Shown piece after piece: positions 1 to 8,344 of a stretch of 24,000 bases of DNA. A model generated the notes under the pieces. It did no database searches. It saw only the letters and a list, made by a program, of their open reading frames with translations, and was not told the origin of the DNA. The stretch is from positions 55,942 to 79,941 of the forward strand of contig NC_018870.1 of the NCBI RefSeq assembly GCF_000305935.1. The letters run 5' to 3'. The DNA is from Thermacetogenium phaeum DSM 12270. GTDB taxonomy: Bacteria > Bacillota > DSM-12270 > Thermacetogeniales > Thermacetogeniaceae. How positions within the stretch are numbered: position 1 is the first letter of the stretch; each line of letters starts with the position of its first letter. Made by a program: the position numbers and the translations under genes.

Positions 1-323
1 CGCTCTACGGGCACTCCCGCTCCCAGCGGGTTGTCAAGGAACCAGCTTTTCCGCCGGAGATTCTTTATCACGGTACCGCCAGGCGCTTTCTCCCCTCCAT
101 CAAGGAAAATGGCCTGCTGCCCGGAAGGCGGCAGTATGTTCATCTCTCGGTGGATGTGCCGACCGCCCTGGAGGTCGGCCGGCGGCATGACAGCAGGCCT
201 GTAATCCTCAGGGTTTGGGCCCGCAGGGCGTGTGATGCCGGGGTCAAGTTCTTCCTGGGCAATGACCGGATATGGCTGGCGGAGGCCGTTCCTGCAGGGT
301 ATCTTGAGTTTCCACAAGGTTGA
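1..323 (+). CDS. kptA: RNA 2'-phosphotransferase (Tpt1/KptA family), C-terminal part; 5' end is outside the window
   Basis: Frame 3 reads ...ILYHGTARRFLPSIKENGLLPGRRQYVHLSVDVPTALEVGRRHDSRPVILRVWARRACDAGVKFFLGNDRIWLAEAVPAGYLEFPQG*, stop TGA 321-323. YHGT, HVHLS and VILRV blocks are as in KptA/Tpt1. Absent from the ORF track because it has no start codon in the window. Confidence 0.85.
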   Translation, partial: LYGHSRSQRVVKEPAFPPEILYHGTARRFLPSIKENGLLPGRRQYVHLSVDVPTALEVGRRHDSRPVILRVWARRACDAGVKFFLGNDRIWLAEAVPAGYLEFPQG

Positions 324-493
324 TCCTACACCGCCTGCTGCCGGCCGGCTTGCGGTTGCGGAATTTCTCCCGTTTTTAGGCGCCGGCACCCTGCCCTCGT
401 GCCCGGGACAATTGTGTAGTACTCTTAGCATACTTGAGAAAACGCTTTTTCGCAAGTCCAGGATTTCTATTTGTGCTGCGGGGAGGGAATGTC

Positions 494-3214
494 GTGGATG
501 GCAGGAAGAGGCTTGTCCGGCTGCTGTTTGTGGTGCTGGCGCTGGTTCTAGGCGACAGGGCTCTTAATGTCTGGGCGGATTACGAGTGGTTCAAGTCCCT
601 TGGTTACCAGGGAGTTTTCTGGACGCTGTTCTCGACGCGCTTTGTGGTGGGTGCCGCCGTTTTCCTGGTCCTCTTCGCCTTCTTCCAGCTCAACTTCAGA
701 TGCCTCCGGCGCTGCCTGCCGCCGCACCGGGTTTACGACCTCCACGGTGGCCGGATTTTGGCGGCGATGGTGAACCCCCTGCACCGCCTTATTACCTCCG
801 ATGCCGGCAAATATCTCTTTACCGTCTTGAGCGTCGCCTTATCCCTTATCTACGCCGTGAGCCTCGGCGCCCGCTTTGAGGTGATTCAGAAATTCGTCTA
901 TGCGGTGCCCTTCGGGCGAACCGACCCCATTTTCGGCCGAGACGCTGCCTTTTATGTCTTCAAACTGCCCTTTTACGAACTCCTTCAGTCGTCCCTGGCC
1001 TCGGCTTTTATTGTGGCGCTTTTTCTCTGCGCTTTTGTTTACCTTCTGCTGGCTTCGGGCGAATTTCTGCACGGGGGATGGCGTTTCTTTTCCCCGGTCA
1101 AGCTGCACCTAGGCTCTCTCATCGCCGGCCTCCTGGTTTTGAAGGCCTGGGACTACCACCTGTCCGTCTACCGTCTCCTCGTCGGCGGGAGCGGTGCCTT
1201 CCCCGGCGCCGGTTACACCGATATTCATGCCCGCCTCCCGGCATATCAGATTCTGGCGGTGCTGGCCGTGTTGGTCGCCGTTCTGGTCTTCGTCGGCATC
1301 TTTAAGGGGAGGGTTCTCCCGGTTGCCGCCGGAGCGGCCGTGCTGGCGGCGGCCTCCCTTCTTCTGGGTGCGGTTTATCCCGCCTTTGTGCAGAAATTTC
1401 AGGTGGAGCCCAATGAGTTCGCCCGGGAGGAGCCCTACATCGAGTACGGCCTTGACGCCACCCGCTTCGCCTTCGGGTTGGATGACGTCAGAAGCGTCAG
1501 TACGGCGGCGGCGGATGCCGGAGCAGGTGGGTTGGATGGGGAGACGCTGGAGAAGAGCGCAGGCCTCCTCCGCAATCTGCGCCTCTGGGACTTCCGCCCC
1601 CTGCAGCAGGTTTACAATCAGCTGCAGCAGCTGCGCCGCTACTACGTTTTTGCCGACGTGGACGTCGACCGCTACCGCCTGGGGGATCAATACCGCCAGG
1701 TGATGCTGGCGGTGCGGGAGCTGAACCAGGAGAATCTCCCCGAGCGCGCCGGAACCTGGGTGAACCGCCGGCTCCAGTACACCCACGGCTACGGGGTGGT
1801 GATGAGTCCGGCCAACGAGGTCACCGACGCCGGCCTTCCGGTGATGCTGCTTAAGAACATCCCACCTGCTGCCTCCTCACCGGAAATCGAGGTGAAGCGC
1901 CCGGAGATCTACTTCGGGGAGCTGACCGGCAACATGGTAGTGGTCAATACCAGGGCGGGGGAATTCAGCCACCCCTCCGGGGAAAGGAATGTTTACACCA
2001 ACTACGAGGGGCAGGGTGGTGTCAGGCTCACCCCTATCAAGCGCCTGCTCTACGCCCTGCACTTCCGCGACTTGCGCCTGCTCCTAAGCTCCGAGATCAC
2101 TCCCCAGAGCCGCATTCTCTACAACCGCACCGTTCAGGATGCCAGGCGCCTCGCCCCCTATCTCCGGTATGACGGGGACCCTTATCCGGTGGTGGACGGG
2201 GGGCGTATCTACTGGATCCTGGATGCCTATACGGTTGCCGGTCACTACCCCTACTCCGCTGCCAGAAATGGGATCAACTACGTCCGCAACTCGGTGAAGG
2301 TGGTTGTAGATGCCTACGAAGGGGATATTTCCTTTTACACCAGCGACCCCTCCGACCCGGTGGTCGGAACCTACAGCAGGATCTACCCCGGCCTTTACCG
2401 GCCTCTGTCGGAGATGCCTGCCGGCCTGCGAGCGCACCTGCGCTATCCTGAGGACCTTTTTAAGATGCAGGCGGACGTCTTTGCCGAATACCACGTCCGG
2501 GATGCCCGGGTTTTCTACAACAGGGAGGATGAGTGGGAGGTCCCTAAAGAGAAGTACTCCGATGCCAGCCGGCAGATGGAGCCCTACTATGTGATCATGC
2601 AGCTCCCCGGGGAAGAGGAGGAGGAGTTCCTGCTGATCCTCCCCTTTACTCCGATGAAGAGGGGGAATGCCGTGGCCTGGCTGGCGGCCCGCTGCGACGG
2701 GGAGCACTACGGTGAGCTCGTTCTGGACGTCTTTCCCAAAGATGTGCACGCCTACGGACCCATGCAGGTAGAGGCCAGCATCGACCAGGACGCCGACATC
2801 TCCGCCCAGCTTACCCTCTGGAACCAGCACGGTTCCCAGGTGATCCGGGGAAATCTGCTTACCGTCCCCCTGGCCGGCAAGCTCCTCTACGTCAAGCCCC
2901 TCTTTCTCCAGGCCGAGGAGAGCGCCATGCCGGAGCTGATCCGGGTGATCGCTTTCTACGACGGGAGGGTGGTTATGGAAAAGGATCTGCAGGGAGCGCT
3001 GGACAGGCTCTTCGGCCGGGCCGAACAGCCCCCGGAGCAGGGAGCCGCAACGCCGCAGGCTCCGGGAGATTCCTCCGCTCTTGCCCGGAGGGCCTGGCAG
3101 CTCTATCAGGAGGCCGGCGAGCGCCTCCGCGCCGGAGACTGGTCGGGTTACGGCAAGGCCATCGAGGAGTTAGGCCAGGTGCTGAAGGAGATGGCTGGGG
3201 AAACCGGCCGGTAG
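494..3214 (+). CDS. UPF0182 family large integral membrane protein (function unknown)
   Basis: 926-aa ORF (434-3214). It has multiple N-terminal TM helices, then a large soluble region with blocks I recall from UPF0182/COG1615 (LRLWDFRPL..YNQLQQLRRYY, QYTHGYG, PYY). I prefer GTG 494 as start because GGGAGGG (481-487) lies 6 nt upstream; TTG 434 is the alternative. Confidence 0.75.
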   Translation: MDGRKRLVRLLFVVLALVLGDRALNVWADYEWFKSLGYQGVFWTLFSTRFVVGAAVFLVLFAFFQLNFRCLRRCLPPHRVYDLHGGRILAAMVNPLHRLITSDAGKYLFTVLSVALSLIYAVSLGARFEVIQKFVYAVPFGRTDPIFGRDAAFYVFKLPFYELLQSSLASAFIVALFLCAFVYLLLASGEFLHGGWRFFSPVKLHLGSLIAGLLVLKAWDYHLSVYRLLVGGSGAFPGAGYTDIHARLPAYQILAVLAVLVAVLVFVGIFKGRVLPVAAGAAVLAAASLLLGAVYPAFVQKFQVEPNEFAREEPYIEYGLDATRFAFGLDDVRSVSTAAADAGAGGLDGETLEKSAGLLRNLRLWDFRPLQQVYNQLQQLRRYYVFADVDVDRYRLGDQYRQVMLAVRELNQENLPERAGTWVNRRLQYTHGYGVVMSPANEVTDAGLPVMLLKNIPPAASSPEIEVKRPEIYFGELTGNMVVVNTRAGEFSHPSGERNVYTNYEGQGGVRLTPIKRLLYALHFRDLRLLLSSEITPQSRILYNRTVQDARRLAPYLRYDGDPYPVVDGGRIYWILDAYTVAGHYPYSAARNGINYVRNSVKVVVDAYEGDISFYTSDPSDPVVGTYSRIYPGLYRPLSEMPAGLRAHLRYPEDLFKMQADVFAEYHVRDARVFYNREDEWEVPKEKYSDASRQMEPYYVIMQLPGEEEEEFLLILPFTPMKRGNAVAWLAARCDGEHYGELVLDVFPKDVHAYGPMQVEASIDQDADISAQLTLWNQHGSQVIRGNLLTVPLAGKLLYVKPLFLQAEESAMPELIRVIAFYDGRVVMEKDLQGALDRLFGRAEQPPEQGAATPQAPGDSSALARRAWQLYQEAGERLRAGDWSGYGKAIEELGQVLKEMAGETGR

Positions 3215-3255
3215 CCTGGGGTATTAATAATACCCGGCGGGATGAGGAATCATAA

Positions 3256-3483
3256 GTGGAAAAAGAGGGGTTGATCCATTTGGATAGCGGAAGGGCAAAG
3301 GAGATTGTGGAGTCGCTGGGGGTTGTTGAGGTGCTGTACAACGGTTTCCCCGTCTGGATCGAACGGCTGAACGGGGATACGGCAGAGGTGCGCTTTCTGG
3401 AAACCGGGGGGCGGCTGGAGGTGCCGGTGACGGAGCTGGTGGAAGGTGGGTCCCTCGGGGAAGAGGGGCCGGGCGGCCCATAA
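3256..3483 (+). CDS. sspH: H-type small acid-soluble spore protein
   Basis: ..GRAKEIVESLGVVEVLYNGFPVWIERLNGDTAEVRFLETGGRLEVPVTELVE resembles the SspH pattern (RAKEI..S....V.YNG.PV.I........A.V......E..VP...L.E). TTG 3280 may be the true start (AGAGGGG at 3264-3270, 9-nt spacing). Confidence 0.75.
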   Translation: MEKEGLIHLDSGRAKEIVESLGVVEVLYNGFPVWIERLNGDTAEVRFLETGGRLEVPVTELVEGGSLGEEGPGGP

Positions 3484-3537
3484 TGCGGAAATATTCTTGG
3501 TGGGCTGTTCCGAATCTTAAAAAACAAGGGGTTGTGG

Positions 3538-3584
3538 AAAATTCGCTCCCGGGCAGGGGAACTCGCCCGGGAGCGAATTTTTTA
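3538..3584 (+). terminator. Rho-independent terminator after sspH
   Basis: Perfect 16-bp stem AAATTCGCTCCCGGGC (3538-3554) / GCCCGGGAGCGAATTT (3565-3580), 10-nt loop, then a T-run. An A-run on the 5' side makes it partly bidirectional. Confidence 0.8.
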
Positions 3585-3622
3585 AGAGCGACCTTAACGG
3601 CGTGTTCGGCCGGCAGGAAAGG

Positions 3623-3840
3623 GGTTGTCTCTCACGGCGCGGCGACCTTCAGGAGGTTGCTGCTCGTCCTTGACGGAGAAGCCCAGGCAGGAGGCCGAAT
3701 CGACAAGGGATGTAGAGACGGGTGTTCTCCGGTTGCGGGGACGAAAAGCCGGTCGGCTGCCGGCGGACACAAGTTTTTGTTGTGAATTAAACTGAAGATC
3801 CAGGAACGAGCGGCAAGAGGGAACCGGAACGTATTCTCAG
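3623..3840 (+). ncRNA. Unclassified structured RNA-like element, copy A (homologous to 9181-9405)
   Basis: No credible ORF. Colinear conserved blocks are shared with the element at 9181-9405. Closing helix GGTTGTCTCT (3623-3632) / AGAGGGAACC (3816-3825). Inner helix GGCCGA (3693-3698) / TCGGCT (3753-3758). The wobble positions are G-T on the + strand. Confidence 0.45.
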
Positions 3841-3999
3841 GGAAAGTCGAATAAAATGTATTTGGAGAAGGACTTCCCCCGCTCTGCCGAGAATTAATCT
3901 GCGGATTTCAGTTCCGCCGGATGGCTGGGCTGAAACCGAAAAGGGGCAGTTATATATTTACCAGAGGATGCTTGTTGTTGCAGGAGGGGTCGATAGGCT

Positions 4000-4866
4000 G
4001 TGGGTGGCTATCGGTTTCAGTCCGGGGTGTTCCTCGTCCTCTTTTCCGGCATCTGTTACGGTTTTATGCCGATTATCGCCATCTATGCCTACCAGGGCGG
4101 AGCTACGGCGACCACGCTGGCCTTTCTGCGCGCCGCGTTGGCGGCGGTTCTTTTTATTGTCTACCTGTTCTGGAGAGGCTTTCCGTCGAACGTTAACAGA
4201 AGGGCCGTTCTTATACTTTTAGCGGTTGGCGCCTTTGTGCAGCCCCTGGAGTCTTTCTGCTATGTGGCGGCCCTCCAGTACATCTCCGCCGGTCTGACCG
4301 TGCTCATCTTCTACACCTATCCAGCCTGGGTGGCAATCTGGGGTCTTCTTTTTCGCTGGGAAAGGCTGTCGCTGCGCAAGGGCATTGGGATTGCTGTTGC
4401 CAGCGCCGGTCTCGTTCTGGTCGTGGGCACCTCCCTGGGCCGGGTGAATGCTTACGGCGTCCTTCTCGCCATCACTGCCGCACTGGGCTGTTCTTTTTAT
4501 GTCATCTTCTCCAAAAGGGCGATCAGGGATGTAGGCCCCCTTTACGCTTCAACCATCATGTCCGTCTCCACGGCTGTAACGCTGGGAGTCATCGGAGCCG
4601 CAGCAGGCGGCCTTTCCTTCGGGATGCAACCGCTGGGCTGGTTGATGGCGCTGCTCTGTGCGGTGGTCACCGTCAATCTTGCCCTCTTGGCTTTTCTGGC
4701 GGGGCTCAAGATCGTGGGTTCCACCACTGCGTCCATCCTCTGCATGACGGAGCCCCTGACGACGGTCGTCTTCTCCGCCATCCTCTTTTCCCAGCACCTG
4801 ACTGCCAGCCAGCTCCTTGGCGGTCTGGTGATCCTTGCCGGCGCCGTCCTGGTGGTGAAGGGGTGA
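4000..4866 (+). CDS. EamA/DMT-family transporter (10-TM type)
   Basis: 288 aa and hydrophobic throughout, with two EamA-like halves (FSGICYGFMPIIA..; ..SASILCMTEPLTTVVFSAILF..L...QLLGG.LIL.G). GTG start preceded by GCAGGAGGGG. Its stop abuts the stop of the convergent gene with 0 nt between them. Confidence 0.85.
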   Translation: MGGYRFQSGVFLVLFSGICYGFMPIIAIYAYQGGATATTLAFLRAALAAVLFIVYLFWRGFPSNVNRRAVLILLAVGAFVQPLESFCYVAALQYISAGLTVLIFYTYPAWVAIWGLLFRWERLSLRKGIGIAVASAGLVLVVGTSLGRVNAYGVLLAITAALGCSFYVIFSKRAIRDVGPLYASTIMSVSTAVTLGVIGAAAGGLSFGMQPLGWLMALLCAVVTVNLALLAFLAGLKIVGSTTASILCMTEPLTTVVFSAILFSQHLTASQLLGGLVILAGAVLVVKG

Positions 4867-5508
4867 CTACTGCTCTAAGGCGGCGATGACCTCTTCGTCG
4901 GTAGTCTGCCGAAAATCCTCGTAGAACTGCCCCACTGCGTAAAAGGCTGCGGGGGCGTGGAGGCAGATGAGGTCGTCTACGAGCAGGCGCAGTTCGGCGA
5001 CGGCCTCCCTGGAGGCTACCGGCACCGCCAGGACGAGGGCCGCCGGTTCCTGTTTGCGGAGCGATTGCAGGGCGGCTTTTACCGTCATGCCTGTGGCAAT
5101 TCCGTCGTCGATGAGGATCACCGTTTTCTCCCGGCAGTCGAGGGCGCCCCGCCCCCTCCGGTAGTAGCGGCTGCGCCGTTCCATTTCTTTCCTCTCCCGC
5201 TCGATCTGCTCCTGAAGGTCGCTCTTCGTTAAGTTCAACAAGGACAGGGCGCGTTCGTCGAAGATCACCGCACCGTCGGGAGCTGCTGCCCCTATGGCCA
5301 GTTCCTCGTTGAAGGGAGCCCCGATCTTGCGGGGAATTATCACGTCGAGGGGGGCCTGCAGGGCCCTGGCCACTTCTGCTGCCACGATTACTCCACCGCG
5401 AGGAATGCCAAGTACGAGCACATTTTTCCCCCTGTAATGAGTTAATTCTTCGGCCAACCTCTTGCCCGCATCCCTGCGGTCTAAAAAAACCAGCTTACTC
5501 ACCTCCAC
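4867..5508 (-). CDS. Phosphoribosyltransferase-domain protein (COG1926-like)
   Basis: FLDRRDAGKRLAEEL..VLVLGIPRGGVIVAAEVARAL.APLDVI..RKIGAP.N.ELAIGA and the PRPP loop VILIDDGIATGMT. The N-terminal 28 aa of the 241-aa track ORF are Pro/Gly/Ser-rich and unlikely to be real. In-frame GTGs at 5508 and 5502 are candidate starts; the start is uncertain. Confidence 0.75.
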   Translation of the reverse strand: MEVSKLVFLDRRDAGKRLAEELTHYRGKNVLVLGIPRGGVIVAAEVARALQAPLDVIIPRKIGAPFNEELAIGAAAPDGAVIFDERALSLLNLTKSDLQEQIERERKEMERRSRYYRRGRGALDCREKTVILIDDGIATGMTVKAALQSLRKQEPAALVLAVPVASREAVAELRLLVDDLICLHAPAAFYAVGQFYEDFRQTTDEEVIAALEQ

Positions 5509-5807
5509 AGGACAGCTGCCGGTTGCCGAGGGGCCAGATCCCGGAAGACCTGACGCCGGAGGCTGTTTTTCCGCCCCCTGGCCAGGCGGCAACTGCCCTC
5601 TCTTTTGAAACTATTGTAGCAGCGCCCGGCGGCCGCCTCAAGACTAAAACACCGGACTGTTGAGTCGGAAGTCGCTGGCCGGGGTGCCCTTCCCCGGGCT
5701 TCCTGCCAGGGCTCCCCGGGACCACTGCTGCTGCAGGCAGGCGGGGGAAAGAGCCGCCCCTTTATTGCATAAAGATTAGGGATCACCATTAAAGGGGGTG
5801 CTTCCTT

Positions 5808-6080
5808 TTGGAGCCGCTGGATGCTCTGCAAACCCTTATCTTCATGTCGGTGGTGGTGGAAGCATTGACGGCAATTTTTCGCCGCTTCGTCAGCAAGAAG
5901 GCCTCGGAACTGGTGACGATTCTGGTCGGGATCACCCTTTGCTGCGCCTACGAGGTGGGCATTTTCAGCAGCCTGGGGCTCACGACCAGCTATCCTCTGG
6001 TCGATTACTGCGTTTCCGGGATTATTATATCCCAGGGTTCCAACGCCTTATCCGGGCTTTTTCGCCTGCGCTACAAGTGA
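5808..6080 (+). CDS. Small hydrophobic protein, holin-like (tentative)
   Basis: 90 aa with 2-3 predicted TM segments and a charged loop (FRRFVSKKASE). The layout is reminiscent of A118/phiLC3-type holins. TTG start with AAAGGGGG 10 nt upstream. Confidence 0.45.
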   Translation: MEPLDALQTLIFMSVVVEALTAIFRRFVSKKASELVTILVGITLCCAYEVGIFSSLGLTTSYPLVDYCVSGIIISQGSNALSGLFRLRYK

Positions 6081-6085
6081 GCTCG

Positions 6086-6114
6086 TTGACAAATTTCCAG
6101 AAATCGGTTAAGCT
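6086..6114 (+). promoter_or_regulatory. Candidate sigma-A promoter for cvpA
   Basis: TTGACA (6086-6091), 17-nt spacer, TAAGCT (6109-6114). The -10 is weak. Confidence 0.35.
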
Positions 6115-6257
6115 AAGAGCCAGCATAATGCGGCGCCCTCCGGCTGTGGAAAGCGGGCAGGGGCTGCGGCGATCCCTGAATGCTTTCTCCAGGCTTTAGG
6201 GACAACCCGGCCTGCCTGTCGCCTATCGGCCGGGACGGGACGAATGGGGGGAGAGAG

Positions 6258-6971
6258 ATGAATCTTCTCGACGGAATCATCCTTATTCTTCTGGCTGCAG
6301 GTGCTCTGAGCGGTTACCGGCGCGGGCTTATCGGCGCAGCAGCCTCTTTCTTGGGGTTCCTGGGAGGGATCTGGCTGGCCGGCCACTATTACATCCCTTT
6401 GGCCGGCATCCTGGAGCAGCGCCTTGGTTTGGAGGAGCTCTTCACCCGCATCCTCTTTCCCTTCTGCGCCGGAATCCCCGTCAGCGGTGGGGAGCCTCTT
6501 TTGAATCCTGTGCCGGGTGCGGATGTCCCCGGTTTTCCGCCTTCCCTCTGGGAACCGGTGCAGGCGTTGAATCTGGGCATCGGCGGTGTTGCCATCGCCC
6601 GCACGCTGGCTGACAGCCTGGTAAAGCTGTTGGCCTTCTTCCTCATCTATGCCCTGGCCTCCTTTACCCTGGGTTCGCTGGCGGGCTTCTTGGGCGGAAT
6701 CTGCACCAGAATTGCCGGGCTGTTCCTGCTGGGGGGTGTGAACAGATTGGGAGGCCTGGCCTTGGGGCTGGTGACCAGCGCCCTCTTCGTGGCCGTTGCG
6801 GTGGGGATGCTGACCCCTTTCATCTTCGGTCTCACCCTGGGCCTACCGGCAGCCGAGGGGCTGCGCCAGGCGCTTCTCAACAACTGGAATGCCTCACTGC
6901 TAATACCTTATTTCACCAGAAGCTGGGGAGCGATCGCCTTGGTGCTGGCGCGCCTCTTTCGAATGGTCTAA
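6258..6971 (+). CDS. cvpA: CvpA-family membrane protein
   Basis: MNLLDGIILILLAAGALSGYRRGLIGAAASFLGFLGG is a typical CvpA N-terminus, with further TM segments. ATG 6258 is preceded by GGGGGAGAGAG. The 6180 start in the track adds an implausible leader. Confidence 0.8.
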   Translation: MNLLDGIILILLAAGALSGYRRGLIGAAASFLGFLGGIWLAGHYYIPLAGILEQRLGLEELFTRILFPFCAGIPVSGGEPLLNPVPGADVPGFPPSLWEPVQALNLGIGGVAIARTLADSLVKLLAFFLIYALASFTLGSLAGFLGGICTRIAGLFLLGGVNRLGGLALGLVTSALFVAVAVGMLTPFIFGLTLGLPAAEGLRQALLNNWNASLLIPYFTRSWGAIALVLARLFRMV

Positions 6972-7183
6972 ACTGGCAGGAGGGCAGCCGAAGTGTTTCG
7001 CAGGCGGGCGGTGAGTAGTATAATAAGGATAAACCGGCGGGTAATCGCCAACCCCCGGGCCTGCCGGAGGCCGGCGGCTGCGGCGGCGAACCGGGCGTTC
7101 GGCTACTCCAGCTCTAAAACCGGTGGGCAAGACCCGGCGTTCCGTCCGGGAAGGAAGGCTTTTTTTAGCGATGAAGGAGCTGC

Positions 7184-7211
7184 ACAATTTTTTGAAGACA
7201 ATTTTTTGAAG
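7184..7211. repeat. Perfect tandem direct repeat, 2 x 14 nt (ACAATTTTTTGAAG)
   Basis: 7184-7197 and 7198-7211 are identical and adjacent, 38 nt upstream of the selD start. Confidence 0.95.
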
Positions 7212-7248
7212 GGGGCAGTCCTCGCCCTGAAAAAGGGGGGAGCACAAG

Positions 7249-8307
7249 GTGCCGAAAGAGCAAGAAACCATCAGATTGACCCGCTTTGCCCGCTACTCCG
7301 GTTGAGCGGCCAAACTGGGGCCGGGTGCCCTGGAGGAAATACTGGCCGGGCTGCCGCGCTTTGAACATCCCGACCTTTTGGTCGGCACTGGGATACCCGA
7401 TGATGCCGGGGTTTACCGCCTGCGGCCGGATCTCGCCTTGGTGCAGACGGTGGATTTCTTCACACCGGTGGTGGACGACCCCTACTGGTTCGGCCAGGTG
7501 GCTGCGGCCAATGCCTTGAGCGACATCTACGCCATGGGGGCAACCCCCTTGACGGCCTTGAACTTGGTTGCCTTTCCCTCCTGCAAGCTGGGCCCGGAAG
7601 TGCTCCGCGCCATCCTCAAGGGGGGGTGCGACAAGGTGGCCGAGGCGGGTGCGCTGGTGCTGGGCGGGCATTCCGTTGAGGATGATGAGCCCAAGTACGG
7701 GCTGGCGGTGACCGGCGTCGTCCATCCCGCGGAAGTCGTCACCAACAGCGGTGCCTGCCCCGGGGATTTCCTCATCCTTACCAAACCGCTGGGGACGGGG
7801 GTGATGGTGACGGCCCTGAAGGGAGGCCTCCTCACTCCCGACGAAGAGAGGAAGCTGGCGGAGGTGATGGCCTTGCTCAACGCCCCCGCCGCAGAAGCCA
7901 TGCGCCTGGTGGGCGTCCATGCCTGCACCGATATCACGGGATTCGGCCTGCTCGGACACCTGCGGGAAATGGCCGTCAACAGCGGTGTGGATGTGGAAAT
8001 AGAGCTCGCTTCCCTCCCGCTGCTTCCAAAGGCGAAGAAGTTTGCGGAGGAAGGGCTGATTCCCGGAGGTGCCTACAGAAACAAGGAGTATCTCAAGGAC
8101 CATGTGGAGATCGGCGGCCGGATCTCTCCTGCCGAGGAGGACCTCCTCTATGACCCGCAGACATCCGGGGGGCTGCTTATCGCCGTCTCCGGAGAAAAGC
8201 GGGAGCAGCTGCTTTCCGCTCTGCGGGAAAAAGGGGTTGCTTCCCCTCGTGCCGTCGGACGGGTTACGGGAAGGGGAAAGGGCAGGATTCTGGTGCGGGG
8301 GGTTTAA
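7249..8307 (+). CDS. selD: Selenide, water dikinase (selenophosphate synthetase), selenocysteine-containing form
   Basis: GTG 7249 (GGGGGGAG upstream) reads VPKEQETIRLTRFARYSG-TGA-AAKLGPGALEEILAGLP... in frame with the 309-aa track ORF (7378-8307). The TGA sits at the Cys/Sec position of the N-terminal glycine-rich loop of SelD. The rest (DDAGVY, VQTVDFFTPVVDDPY.FG.VAAANALSDIYAMGA.P, GGHS.ED.EPKYGLAVTG) is canonical SelD. Confidence 0.9.
7303..7305 (+). other. In-frame UGA recoded as selenocysteine in selD
   Basis: TGA at codon 19 of the extended selD frame. It is flanked by conserved SelD sequence on both sides (..YSG U AAKLGPG..). Confidence 0.85.
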
Positions 8308-8344
8308 GGCGAGTCTTTTAAAAAAACGAGAGGAGGGAGTTGCC

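Noticed and set aside
588-599. T-loop-like GGTTCAAGTCCC.
   Set aside because: It lies inside the UPF0182 coding frame (..EWFKSLG..) with no acceptor or anticodon arms around it.
3219-3235. Perfect hairpin GGGTATT-AAT-AATACCC between UPF0182 and sspH.
   Set aside because: No U-tract follows, so it is not a canonical terminator. I tried to read a sigma-G/F promoter for sspH around it, but the spacing to CATAAGT (3251-3257) is wrong. Left unassigned.
3690-3712. GCCGAATCGACAAGGGA / GCCGAATCGAGACAGGA strings reminiscent of the tmRNA 5' end and of the Bacillus scRNA (SRP RNA) 3' region.
   Set aside because: The hallmark SRP motif (GGAAGGAAGCAGC-type domain IV), a tmRNA tag reading frame and a tRNA-like end are all missing.
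3483-3785. 100-aa + strand ORF covering the sspH terminator and RNA-like copy A.
   Set aside because: It spans an obvious intrinsic terminator, has Gly/Arg/Ala-rich composition and has no SD.
5509-5592. N-terminal 28-aa extension of the phosphoribosyltransferase ORF (MPPGQGAEKQPPASGLPGSGPSATGSCP).
   Set aside because: Low-complexity Pro/Gly/Ser with no SD. Homologs of this family begin near ..F.DR.DAG..LA.
7025-7036. 12-mer AAGGATAAACCG shared between the selD leader (7025-7036) and unit B1 (9379-9390).
   Set aside because: By my arithmetic, roughly (24000^2/2)/4^12 = 17 exact 12-mer repeats are expected by chance in a window this size. There is no flanking similarity.
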